Source of the DNA: Campylobacterota bacterium | GTDB lineage: Bacteria; Campylobacterota; Campylobacteria; Campylobacterales; Sulfurimonadaceae | DNA: 50,308 nucleotides | Reading direction: 5' to 3' | NCBI GenBank assembly: GCA_034661055.1 | Contig: JAYEKO010000035.1 | Span: forward strand, 1 to 50,308 | Shown: piece after piece, positions 20,342-29,287 of the stretch | Position numbering within the stretch: position 1 is the first letter of the stretch | How the letters are laid out: every line of letters starts with the position of its first letter | Translations under genes and position numbers: made by a program | The notes under the pieces: model-generated | Databases searched by the model: none | What the model was told of the DNA's origin: nothing | Seen by the model: the letters and a program-made list of their open reading frames with translations, nothing else

Positions 20342-20368
20342 AATTCTACCTCTATAGATGGCAGAATT
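20342..20368 (+). terminator. Imperfect hairpin after the YeeE stop
   Basis: AATTCTaCC-TC tata GA-tGGcAGAATT; no strong U tract. Confidence 0.3.
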
Positions 20369-20408
20369 AAATACTTAGTAATCATATAGTATATTATTAT
20401 TTAGATAA

Positions 20409-20570
20409 GGGTACCTCTAAAAACCCTAGTATCACTCAGAGGGATAAAGAGAAGAGCTTGTACTCATCGTTACTCTTTCTTGACTTAGCTACGGCTAGGT
20501 CTTCAAAAGAGCGCCTTGATTATAAACTCTTCTCTTATGCTGAGTGATACTAGGGTTTTTAGAGGTGCCC
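20409..20570. mobile_element. 162-bp MITE-like palindromic element with 31-bp terminal inverted repeats and ATAA target-site duplication
   Basis: GGGTACCTCTAAAAACCCTAGTATCACTCAG (20409-20439) and CTGAGTGATACTAGGGTTTTTAGAGGTGCCC (20540-20570) are 30/31 complementary; ATAA at 20405-20408 and 20571-20574; nested internal stems. Confidence 0.85.
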
Positions 20571-20600
20571 ATAATATACTATATGATTAAAGGTGATGTT

Positions 20601-22205
20601 ATGTCAATATATACGTTTCAAAAAAAAGTTAAAAATAATATTGTAATATTAATATTAGCAATTGTAGTACTTGCTAGTGTGATTAATGTTATGTTTATTT
20701 ACCATGAACAGTATCGTTCAGTAGAAGGACTTCTTGCACAAAACCTTAAGCTAAACAATAAAATGTTTTATTCAATAGTGAAAAAAAATACTTTAGTGCT
20801 TGAAAAATTGATGAAGAACTTACAAAAAGACGACTCCCTTTTAGAAGAGTTTGCCAGACATAACTATAATAGACTTTATGCATCTTCAGCATCATATTAT
20901 GATTTGCTGACACTTTTAAGTAAAGATGTTCCCAATATGCATTTTTATCTACCCGACTCTACCTCTTTTCTTAGAATGCATCGTCCAAATAAGCATGGGG
21001 ATAAACTTAAAGGTCTCAGACCAATGGTTGAGAAAGTAAATAGAACTTTAGAGACCCAAAAAGGGTATGAGTTAGGGAAGTATGGGTTTTATCTACAAGT
21101 AGTATCTCCTATAGTTGTAGATGGAAAACATGTAGGAGCAGTAGGTATTGGAATTAATATATCATCCATACTTGATGAGCTGAAAGCCTTAGGTGGAGAA
21201 GCATATTTAGTTGAGATTGAGGATGCATGTTTTAATCATGATCATGCAAATCAAAGACATCTGTTGGAGCATCTTCAAACCAGGCATATAGGTAAGGGGT
21301 TACTAATTGGGAATATTGATGCTACTACTCTTAAAAAACTTTCTATAGGTCAACAAAATAACTATGAGATAATTGAAAACTACGGTAAGAAAAAACTTAT
21401 TAATTATGCTATGCCTATTCACAATTTTGAAGGAGAATACATTGGACGTCTTATAAGCATACAAGATATTTCCCATATATATAAAGAGTTAAATGCTTCA
21501 ATTATACAAGTAGTTTTTCTAACCCTTATATCAGCCATGATGATGATATTTGCTATCAACCGTGGTTTTGTTCACTTCGGTCAATATATAGGACAGATTT
21601 ATAGAGAACATGCAGATACAATGGTAAAACTTCAAACAATACATATGAAACTTAATCCCCATTTTATTATTAATTCTCTCAATAGTGTCAGTGCACTGAT
21701 ATACATAAATAAAGAGTTAGCTGAAAAAAATATTATTTTGCTTGCAGATCTTATAAGAAATTACCTAGGAGAAAATAATGAGTTAAGCATACAAGACGAA
21801 CTTAAATATAGTTTAGATTATTGTGAACTGATAAATATGCGTCATAATGGAAAACATAATTGGAAGGTTCATATTGCAGATAAATCATTGATTTTTTATA
21901 CAGTTCCAAAATTTACAATACAGCTATTAGTTGAGAATGCCTTCAAGCATGGTTTAAAAAACAACAATGCTTTACACTTAAGTATTAAAATTTTTAAACG
22001 AAATGGACTGTTAGTCCTTTCAGTTTCTAATTCTAGTACACCTGTTGAGTCTATTTCAGACGGAATAGGGCTTAAGAGCCTTAAGCATCGTATTAGGTAC
22101 AATGATCATAATAAAGTTACATGGCGCTATCGTTGTGGTGTGATTAACTTTAAAATCTATTTAAAGGAGATGCTAGATGAAAACAAAAAAAATATTAATA
22201 GTTGA
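20601..22205 (+). CDS. LytS-type sensor histidine kinase with periplasmic Cache-like domain
   Basis: Two TM helices flanking MHFYLPDSTSFLRMHRPNKHGD...GYELGK; LNPHFIINSLN H-box; IQLLVENAFKHG; GIGL. Track start 20544 lies inside the MITE; ATG 20601 has an AAGGTG RBS. Confidence 0.88.
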   Translation: MSIYTFQKKVKNNIVILILAIVVLASVINVMFIYHEQYRSVEGLLAQNLKLNNKMFYSIVKKNTLVLEKLMKNLQKDDSLLEEFARHNYNRLYASSASYYDLLTLLSKDVPNMHFYLPDSTSFLRMHRPNKHGDKLKGLRPMVEKVNRTLETQKGYELGKYGFYLQVVSPIVVDGKHVGAVGIGINISSILDELKALGGEAYLVEIEDACFNHDHANQRHLLEHLQTRHIGKGLLIGNIDATTLKKLSIGQQNNYEIIENYGKKKLINYAMPIHNFEGEYIGRLISIQDISHIYKELNASIIQVVFLTLISAMMMIFAINRGFVHFGQYIGQIYREHADTMVKLQTIHMKLNPHFIINSLNSVSALIYINKELAEKNIILLADLIRNYLGENNELSIQDELKYSLDYCELINMRHNGKHNWKVHIADKSLIFYTVPKFTIQLLVENAFKHGLKNNNALHLSIKIFKRNGLLVLSVSNSSTPVESISDGIGLKSLKHRIRYNDHNKVTWRYRCGVINFKIYLKEMLDENKKNINS

Positions 22206-22905
22206 TGATGAATATTTAGCTATAGAAAATATGACAAGACTCTTACGTAAAATAGGGTACAAGGATTTTGATAGTACTACATCTTCAGTTGAAGCGATAG
22301 AAATTTGTAAAGATAATGACTATGCTCTTATATTTCTCGATATCAATATGCCTATAAAGGATGGTTTAGAAGCTGCCAAAGAGATTCGTACTTTTGACAT
22401 CAACACACCTATTGTGTTCTCTACCGCCTATAGTGAGTATGCTCTCAAAGGTTTTGAAGTTGGTGCCATCGATTATATTATGAAACCTATAAATATTGAT
22501 CGTCTTAAAGAGAGTCTCGAACGTGTTTTTAAAGAACCTACTAGTGATATAAACGAGGGGAGTAAAAACTTAAAGATACTTGTAAAATATCATGAACGAA
22601 TTTTTATGATTGAAAGCGATAATATTATATATGTAGAGGCACAGTTAAATGATTCAATAGCTTATACAAGTGAGCGTGCTTATTTTACAGGTAAAAGGAT
22701 TTCAGAAATGGAAAATCTATTGATAAGCAATAGTAAGTTTATAAAAGTGCATCGTTCGTGTATAGTAAATCTTGATAAGGTAGATTTCTTTGAAACCATT
22801 GAGCAGGGAAAATACTGCATACATTTTAAAAACTCCAAAAATGTTGTTTATACAAGCCGAAAAGGTGCACAAAGTATTCGTGAATATTTCCATGACCTTT
22901 CTTAG
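22177..22905 (+). CDS. LytTR-family response regulator
   Basis: IVDDEYLA, FLDINMP, TAYSEYAL..F...AIDYIMKP; FIKVHRSCIVNL. Confidence 0.95.
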   Translation: MKTKKILIVDDEYLAIENMTRLLRKIGYKDFDSTTSSVEAIEICKDNDYALIFLDINMPIKDGLEAAKEIRTFDINTPIVFSTAYSEYALKGFEVGAIDYIMKPINIDRLKESLERVFKEPTSDINEGSKNLKILVKYHERIFMIESDNIIYVEAQLNDSIAYTSERAYFTGKRISEMENLLISNSKFIKVHRSCIVNLDKVDFFETIEQGKYCIHFKNSKNVVYTSRKGAQSIREYFHDLS

Positions 22906-22975
22906 TCCATGGCTTACATTGTACAATCTATAGAAGATAAAAAAATACTATTAGATAAGCTGAAGGTGTTTTAAG

Positions 22976-23050
22976 TGGTGACCCCTAGGAGAATTGAACT
23001 CCTGTAACATGGATGAAAACCATGGATCCTAACCGCTAGACGAAGGGGCC
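22976..23050 (-). tRNA. tRNA-Glu (anticodon UUC)
   Basis: Minus strand GGCCCCT...CATGG-TTTTCAT-CCATG...AGGAG-TTCAATT-CTCCT-AGGGGTC-A-CCA; 75-nt cloverleaf with encoded CCA. Confidence 0.97.
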
Positions 23051-23121
23051 ACTTATTTTGTAGAGACAGAATTATAGTCATCATAATCTTAAAAACATAT
23101 AAAAATCGGTACAATACTCTC

Positions 23122-23925
23122 ATGAATAGAGAAGAATTAGAAGCTGAGTTAGCAGACCTTAAAACAAAAAACGAATTATTGGAAAGGCTTCTTGCTAATG
23201 AACAGGAAAAAAACTTAGAAAAAGAGCAGTTATTAAGTCATAAATCACGTTCTGCTGCTATGGGTGAAATGGTGGAGAACATTGCTCACCAGTGGAGGCA
23301 ACCACTTAATATATTAGCATTGGTACTTCAAGATATCTACATTTCAGGCCAACTCGGAACACTTGATACCGACAAACTAGAAGAGAATTACTCTAAAGCC
23401 AATAATATGCTGCAATATATGTCACAAACCATTGATGATTTCAGAAATTTTTTGAAAAAGTCAGATAATCTAGAGCGGTTTGCACTGAACAATATTTTTA
23501 AGTCAATTGATAGCATATTACTACTCTCTTTAAAAAAGAATAATATAGCCATTACTATGGACAATAGTAATGGCTACTATTTACAAGGCAATCAAAATGA
23601 GTTTCTTCAAGTCTTTATAAATATTATAAATAATGCACAAGATGCTATTATATTAAACAATATTAAAAATGGAAAAATTATTTTACATGTAAAAAAAATA
23701 AATAACACAATTCAAATATCCATTCAAGACAATGCTGGAGGAATTAAAGCAGAAAATATAGATAGAATTTTTGACCCTTACTTTACAACAAAACACAAGT
23801 CACAAGGTACTGGAATAGGGCTTTATATGTCAAAGCAGATTATAGAAAAAGATAATGTATCAAGACTGTATGTAAGAAATTCGGAGGAGGGCGCAAACTT
23901 CATAATTGAAGTTCCCGCTAAATAG
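23122..23925 (+). CDS. Soluble histidine kinase (coiled coil, HisKA, HATPase), no sensor domain
   Basis: ENIAHQWRQPL, NIINNAQDA, QDNAGGI, IFDPYFTTK, GTGIGLY. Confidence 0.92.
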   Translation: MNREELEAELADLKTKNELLERLLANEQEKNLEKEQLLSHKSRSAAMGEMVENIAHQWRQPLNILALVLQDIYISGQLGTLDTDKLEENYSKANNMLQYMSQTIDDFRNFLKKSDNLERFALNNIFKSIDSILLLSLKKNNIAITMDNSNGYYLQGNQNEFLQVFINIINNAQDAIILNNIKNGKIILHVKKINNTIQISIQDNAGGIKAENIDRIFDPYFTTKHKSQGTGIGLYMSKQIIEKDNVSRLYVRNSEEGANFIIEVPAK

Positions 23926-23930
23926 TTTAA

Positions 23931-24482
23931 TTATTCTTCTGTATAAAATGAACGTAATGCACGAATGATTACAGCATTTTTAGAGATACTTTCTGCTTTT
24001 GCATTGTCATCAACAAGCTCATAAAGATCAAGAGGTAATGAGATTGAAAATGTTTTTGTCTCAATTTTTTTCTTTTTACTTACTAACGATGTAACATTTC
24101 CTAATAGCTCAATAATTTTTTTAGTATCAATCGGTTTTTGAATAAAACTGTTTACACCAATCTCAATCGACTCTGCAATTTTCTCAATATCATTGCTTGC
24201 TGAAATAACAATAATAATCTGGTTAGGATTAAGTAGTCTTAATTGACGAGAGAGCTCAAGTCCATCCATGCCTTCCATTACAATATCAACAAAAACAATA
24301 TCAGGTTGTGCATTGTTATAAAGTCTAAGTGCTTCCTTTCCGTTAAATGCCGAAGTCACATCTGAGAAGAAATTTTTAAATGTTGAACTCAGAAGAGCGT
24401 TCGCTTCACCTTCATCTTCAACTACCATTGCTGTAAGTTTTTTTGTCTTTTCTGTTAATTTAACTAAGTCAACTGTTGCCAT
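23931..24482 (-). CDS. Response regulator: receiver domain plus C-terminal ribbon-helix-helix-like domain
   Basis: VVEDE, FVDIVM, ISA, QKP; C-terminus KTFSISLPLDLYELVDDNAKAESISKNAVIIRALRSFY. Confidence 0.88.
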   Translation of the reverse strand: MATVDLVKLTEKTKKLTAMVVEDEGEANALLSSTFKNFFSDVTSAFNGKEALRLYNNAQPDIVFVDIVMEGMDGLELSRQLRLLNPNQIIIVISASNDIEKIAESIEIGVNSFIQKPIDTKKIIELLGNVTSLVSKKKKIETKTFSISLPLDLYELVDDNAKAESISKNAVIIRALRSFYTEE

Positions 24483-24641
24483 TTTTATTATCCTTTTTTG
24501 TTTACGACTAATATAATTACTGAATTATAACATATTCTTTGGTTAATAAATAACAAATATAATTCTAATAACAGCAATAACATCATTTATATCAATAAAT
24601 TTGATACTTTTTAGCCTCTTTTGAAACTAACTAGAATGATA

Positions 24642-24851
24642 TTAATGATGCTTTTTGAATTGTTCTAAATACTCTATATTTGACTCATTAACGTTCTCTT
24701 TTTGTGTTAATAAATCATTGATTATGTCTTTTAAAGAGGAGTTATCCATATATTTAAGGATCTCTGGATTAATTGTGGATTGAGGTATATCACTATAACT
24801 GTTGAGTAAGTTTTCTATATCTTGTATGAGTTCATTTTTAGTAGTTTCCAT
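24642..24851 (-). CDS. Small acidic hypothetical protein (69 aa)
   Basis: METTKNELIQDIENLLNSY...INPEILKYMD; start at 24851 is a guess. Confidence 0.6.
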   Translation of the reverse strand: METTKNELIQDIENLLNSYSDIPQSTINPEILKYMDNSSLKDIINDLLTQKENVNESNIEYLEQFKKHH

Positions 24852-25018
24852 AACTGATATTATACATTTAGATAAATAATATTGCATATAAAGTTACTAG
24901 ATTTTCAAGAATAAAGTGCAGTGTTGGTTATGTACGGAATTACGTATAGTACTATTTAAGATCATTTTAGTTAACATAATATATATTCTCTCAAAATAAA
25001 TCTGCTTATTCATGCTGT

Positions 25019-25126
25019 GAACAACTGTTCTTTAAAGAGACAAATATTATGAACAAACGTTCATGATTAGATAAGCTTAGATTAACAACTGTTCATATAT
25101 ACTACACTTTACATTAACAACTGTTC
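25019..25126. promoter_or_regulatory. Four palindromic (G/T)AAC-N4-GTTC boxes at 32-bp period; probable TetR operators
   Basis: GAACAACTGTTC 25019, GAACAAACGTTC 25051, TAACAACTGTTC 25083, TAACAACTGTTC 25115; directly upstream of the tetR RBS. Confidence 0.75.
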
Positions 25127-25141
25127 TCTAAGGAGCTTAAA

Positions 25142-25741
25142 ATGCCTATAAATAGGACTTCAAAAACAAAATCTGCCATATCCAAAGCAGCTATGGAACT
25201 CTTTGCAGCCCATGGCTACAAAGGTACTTCAGTAAGAAATATTGCCTCTAAAGTAGGTATTAAACAGAGTGCTTTGTACAACCATTTTAAAAATAAAGAA
25301 GATATTTTTCTCACGATCTGTGCAGATATCTTTTCAACACCTTTCTCAAGTAAGAACAACTTAGAAGATGCAAAAAGTGGTAAAAAATTTTTTGCAAATT
25401 ATGTGGTTCAATATAAACTCATTAGCTTTGATGCAACCAAAGAGAAACTCTTTCGAATAATGATGATTGAACTTCTTCAAGACAAGAGCCTCAGAGAGAG
25501 TTTTATGAGTGAATATCACAATAAGAACATAGCCCTACTCTCTGAAGCACTCTTTATTATGATGCAGGCAGGTCTTATACGATCATCTGATCCCATGCTA
25601 ATGGCAAATGAGTTTTTAGCACCTCTGTTTTATTACAGGCTCCAAGTTACACTGCTTCGTATTGATTCACTGTCAACAACGTCACTCTCTACAATTTTCG
25701 AGAAACATGTTGATTTTTTCTGGGATAGCATATCTAAGTAG
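25142..25741 (+). CDS. TetR/AcrR family transcriptional regulator
   Basis: AMELFAAHGYKGTSVRNIASKVGIKQSALYNHFKNKEDI; AAGGAG RBS. Confidence 0.95.
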   Translation: MPINRTSKTKSAISKAAMELFAAHGYKGTSVRNIASKVGIKQSALYNHFKNKEDIFLTICADIFSTPFSSKNNLEDAKSGKKFFANYVVQYKLISFDATKEKLFRIMMIELLQDKSLRESFMSEYHNKNIALLSEALFIMMQAGLIRSSDPMLMANEFLAPLFYYRLQVTLLRIDSLSTTSLSTIFEKHVDFFWDSISK

Positions 25742-25837
25742 TGCAACACAAATAACTTCATAGTTCAATGAGAAAAGAAGCTATAAGATGTGAGGCAAAA
25801 CTTCTTGAAGCACAATAATTAAACACAAGGGATTTTA

Positions 25838-26407
25838 ATGTTTACAATATCTAATTTTAAAACAGCTCAGCTGGACAATCCACATTTTGTTAAGCCGTTG
25901 CGTTTAAACTATGTACAAAACGGAACCCATAAGAGCTGGGAAGCAGTAAAAAGCTTTGATAGCGTCTCTGTATTGCTCTATCATCAAGACAGAGATGTCT
26001 TTGTTTTAGTTAAACAGTTTAGAGCAGCTGTCTATATGAATGACAGTAGCCATACCTACACCTATGAACTCTGTGCCGGTATTATAGATAAAGATGTTTC
26101 GTTAAAGCAGATTGTTAAAGAGGAGATAGATGAGGAGTGTGGCTATGAAGTCTGCATTGATCATATTCATAAGATTACCTCATTTTTTACTAATGTTGGT
26201 GTCTCTGGTGCTAAACAACATCTATTTTTTGCTACAGTAGATGAGACTATGCATCGACATAGTGGTGGTGGCATTGAGACTGAAGAGATATTTGTTGAGT
26301 ATTTACATGTAAATGATGCGCAAAAGTTTATGTATGATGAGACAAAAGCCAAAACTCCAGGGCTGCTTTTTGCCTTTGAGTGGTTCTTTAAAAATCATAT
26401 TAATTAG
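25838..26407 (+). CDS. NUDIX hydrolase (nucleoside-diphosphate-sugar pyrophosphatase, NudK/NudF-like)
   Basis: LVKQFRAAV, ELCAGIIDK...KEEIDEECGY Nudix box, GGGIETEEI. Confidence 0.9.
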   Translation: MFTISNFKTAQLDNPHFVKPLRLNYVQNGTHKSWEAVKSFDSVSVLLYHQDRDVFVLVKQFRAAVYMNDSSHTYTYELCAGIIDKDVSLKQIVKEEIDEECGYEVCIDHIHKITSFFTNVGVSGAKQHLFFATVDETMHRHSGGGIETEEIFVEYLHVNDAQKFMYDETKAKTPGLLFAFEWFFKNHIN

Positions 26408-26484
26408 TATTAATAAAGGTGCATTTAATTGTTAATCTTTTTAGATAAAATAATTTTAATTCATGACGTTAAAAGGAAAAATTA

Positions 26485-27351
26485 GTGCAACATATCATTG
26501 ATATTGTAACAAACCCTTTGGTTCTTGGAATTCTTATTGTTCTATTTTTTGGTGAATACCTACCATTTACAAAATCTTTTTGGAAATATATCGGTTTAAA
26601 ACTAAAATCATTTGGAAACTGGTTTTTAACAAGCTATGAGAATAGACTCTACGACCTCAAAGAGTCAAAGGTTGAAAATAGAAAAGTTACCATTAAACTC
26701 AATAACTTTTTTGCAAGAGCACTCTTCTTTATTATCTCTACCCTAGTAGTTACTACACTTGAAATCGTTTGGGAACTTGGCTTCAAAGGGATTAGAAGAA
26801 CTATAGAGCATACCAAAGTGGCACTGTGGGCTAGAAAGAAGATTGGCTTGCTGCCAAATTGGGCTGTTCTAGTGCTGTTTAGTTTACCTTTTGTCTTAAT
26901 GGAACTTCTGGGTATTTTTGCTTTAGCTGCATTTGTATCGGGTCAGGTTTGGATTGGTATTATTATGTATGTTTTAAAAGTACTTCTATTTATTCCTGTA
27001 CATTTCATACTTCATGCTGGTGAAAAACAGCTCATGGCCATTACTTGGTTTAAAAGACGCTATGAGATTATTTCTGCAGCGTTTGAGTGGTTTAAAAAAA
27101 CACAAACTTATGTTAAAGTACATAATATCACCAAAATGATAAAGGCATATATAGATGCTTTAAAAGTCATATTCTTTAATATGATTACTTTGCAGAAGAA
27201 AGTATTTAAACATGAAGATATTCTCTCGCCTGAGTGCGAAGAGATTCGGCAAAATATTATTGAGTTAAAAAAACTTGGCAATAACGTTGATAATATGTAT
27301 GTTGAGTTTTTTAACTGCATTGACGCTCATATAGAAAAATCTAAAGTATAA
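26485..27351 (+). CDS. Hypothetical multi-pass membrane protein (operon gene 1)
   Basis: 288-aa ORF, GTG start after AAAGGA, 4-5 hydrophobic segments. Confidence 0.75.
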   Translation: MQHIIDIVTNPLVLGILIVLFFGEYLPFTKSFWKYIGLKLKSFGNWFLTSYENRLYDLKESKVENRKVTIKLNNFFARALFFIISTLVVTTLEIVWELGFKGIRRTIEHTKVALWARKKIGLLPNWAVLVLFSLPFVLMELLGIFALAAFVSGQVWIGIIMYVLKVLLFIPVHFILHAGEKQLMAITWFKRRYEIISAAFEWFKKTQTYVKVHNITKMIKAYIDALKVIFFNMITLQKKVFKHEDILSPECEEIRQNIIELKKLGNNVDNMYVEFFNCIDAHIEKSKV

Positions 27352-27359
27352 GGCAAATA

Positions 27360-27971
27360 ATGGAAAAAGTAGAAAAAAAGAGTAAACATTGGTTAATGAT
27401 TGCTGTCAATTTTGTATTGGCGCTTATCTCAGTCTATCTATTTGAATTTTGGTACAAACAGGTCATTGGACTCCAAACTCTTCAACTAGTCGAAAACATT
27501 GCGGTAGTAGTGTTAACTGCCCTCACCTATTTTATAGGAAAGACATACTACATCAAAGGGGTAATGAATACTGCTAAAAAAATCATTATTTTAATACTGC
27601 TCTCATTAGCTATTTTAGGTCTTATGCTTCTTTCAGTAAAAGTACCTTCAGATATGGTCTATCCTTTTAGCGGTGTCTTAATTGTCAGTGTCGCTTTTTA
27701 TATGCTCTCTTTAACAGCAGGAACACTTAACACCATTGGAATTATTGGTCTCTCTCTGCTCTTTACAGCTGCTATTGCATTTTTAAAATGGTTTAATGTT
27801 GTTGACTGGAATATGGCAGGAGAACTTGGGCAGCTTGCTATTTTTATAATTTTGTTTATTGGTGGAACATGGGCAGAGATTCGTGCGCTAATTCACGGTA
27901 TTCGCGGAACCAATGCCGATGGTGGTTTTGGAGATGGAAATGATGGTGATGGTGATACAGGAAGCGAATAG
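27360..27971 (+). CDS. Hypothetical membrane protein, about 6 TM, with Gly/Asp-rich tail (operon gene 2)
   Basis: 203-aa ORF; tail NADGGFGDGNDGDGDTGSE. Confidence 0.75.
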   Translation: MEKVEKKSKHWLMIAVNFVLALISVYLFEFWYKQVIGLQTLQLVENIAVVVLTALTYFIGKTYYIKGVMNTAKKIIILILLSLAILGLMLLSVKVPSDMVYPFSGVLIVSVAFYMLSLTAGTLNTIGIIGLSLLFTAAIAFLKWFNVVDWNMAGELGQLAIFIILFIGGTWAEIRALIHGIRGTNADGGFGDGNDGDGDTGSE

Positions 27972-27983
27972 CGTTTAACAGTT

Positions 27984-29012
27984 ATGCTTGAAAAATATAG
28001 ACCAGTATTAATCATTCTCACATCATTATGGATTATTATTTTAATTATCCATTTTTTTGGCTGGTGGGAGACCTTGGGAATTCTATTTTTAAAGTTTGGT
28101 CTAGGGACTAAAGTTGCTGGTGCCAAGACTTTTGCTCACGCAATTAGTAAGGCAGGAGGACAAAAAGTCATTGCCTCTGCAACAGCAGGTATGTTGGCTA
28201 AACGTCATATTATTGATCTGTTTTCTAAGTTTTTTACAGAACACTCCGTTAATAAATATAGAAAAAACCTCATTGCTGTTGTCAAAATTAAGTTAAAAGA
28301 GATTCAAAACTCATCTTTAATGAAACGAGCTAAAGCCTTTGGAAGTATGCTACTTTCTATTCCTTTACTGTATTTTTTCTGGACAAAGGTTCTTACTACC
28401 GCCATACAAAAAATTGTTTACGCCTTAGTGTTGCCTCTTTTTACACTGCTTTGGAACTTTGTAACTACTGGATTTAATATTGTGACCTTTATACTTAAAA
28501 TTTTAATGCTAAATGTCTTTATTGATACTCTGGCTCAATATAGCTGGGGGAAAAAGCTCTTAAACTTCATTGATAATGTTGTTGAATTGATTTTAAAACT
28601 CTTTAAACTCATTAATAGTGCGTTTGAATTTATAGGTCTAAGTCCAAAATCATGGCTTATTAAACCATCTCTTAAGTTTAATGCATGGCTTGAAGATATT
28701 GTAGACAAAGGTCTAAGTTATATTATTAAACTACAAAATAGAAGAGATAGGTATGTAAATGCTGTTGAAAAAATCTCTCTGAAACGTTACTCCTATACTC
28801 AAAAGAGAGAGGAGAAAACCGTCTCTTTTTGGAAACATACAAAAAAACTATTTTCACAACATATTTTAAAAAAGAGAGACTGGAGAGAGATGCGAAAGCA
28901 CAAAGAGGCTCTCAAACGAGAAAAATTCAACACCTCTTCTAGAGCAAAAAGAAAACGGAACCTGAATAAAAAGAGAGAGCGAAATCCCCTCTTGCTACCT
29001 TATAGAGCCTAA
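27984..29012 (+). CDS. Hypothetical membrane protein with very basic C-terminus (operon gene 3)
   Basis: 342-aa ORF; N-terminal TM, amphipathic middle, K/R-rich last 90 aa or so. Confidence 0.75.
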   Translation: MLEKYRPVLIILTSLWIIILIIHFFGWWETLGILFLKFGLGTKVAGAKTFAHAISKAGGQKVIASATAGMLAKRHIIDLFSKFFTEHSVNKYRKNLIAVVKIKLKEIQNSSLMKRAKAFGSMLLSIPLLYFFWTKVLTTAIQKIVYALVLPLFTLLWNFVTTGFNIVTFILKILMLNVFIDTLAQYSWGKKLLNFIDNVVELILKLFKLINSAFEFIGLSPKSWLIKPSLKFNAWLEDIVDKGLSYIIKLQNRRDRYVNAVEKISLKRYSYTQKREEKTVSFWKHTKKLFSQHILKKRDWREMRKHKEALKREKFNTSSRAKRKRNLNKKRERNPLLLPYRA

Positions 29013-29287
29013 GCTTTAAAAGATGCTTTGGCAATAATCTCCACATAACATGCTTCCCAATTCTCTTGACGAGCTATATCTAGTGACGTTATGACCTCAT
29101 TTGCAGTTACACTTTTAGCACTGCTCTGCTCTGCTCCAAAACGACAGTCAAAATCCCAAAAAACAGCATCTTCAGGTAACTTTTTTTTGCGTTCACGTTT
29201 TAAATATTTACGAATTTCATTCTTTATAGAGTCAATAACTCGGTCCGGTTTTTTGTTTTCAAGTTGTAGTTTAAATACTTTTTTCAA
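29009..29287 (-). CDS. Small conserved protein (DUF6172-like)
   Basis: MKKVFKL...KNEIRKYLKRERKKKLPE...FWDFDCRFG...YVEIIAK. Confidence 0.7.
   Translation of the reverse strand: MKKVFKLQLENKKPDRVIDSIKNEIRKYLKRERKKKLPEDAVFWDFDCRFGAEQSSAKSVTANEVITSLDIARQENWEACYVEIIAKASFKA

Noticed and set aside
20544..20600. Track start of the LytS kinase (MILGFLEVP...)
   Set aside because: Starts inside the MITE terminal repeat; the downstream ATG has the RBS
22909..22974. 21-codon ORF MAYIVQSIEDKKILLDKLKVF after the LytTR gene
   Set aside because: No RBS and too short to support
25019..25126. Possible mini-CRISPR array
   Set aside because: Repeats are only 12-16 bp with a 32-bp period and there are no cas genes; operator boxes fit better
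25742..25837. Possible c-di-GMP-I riboswitch (GGCAAAAC) or IS end (GTGCAAC) before the NUDIX gene
   Set aside because: No supporting stems, GNRA loop or partner repeat
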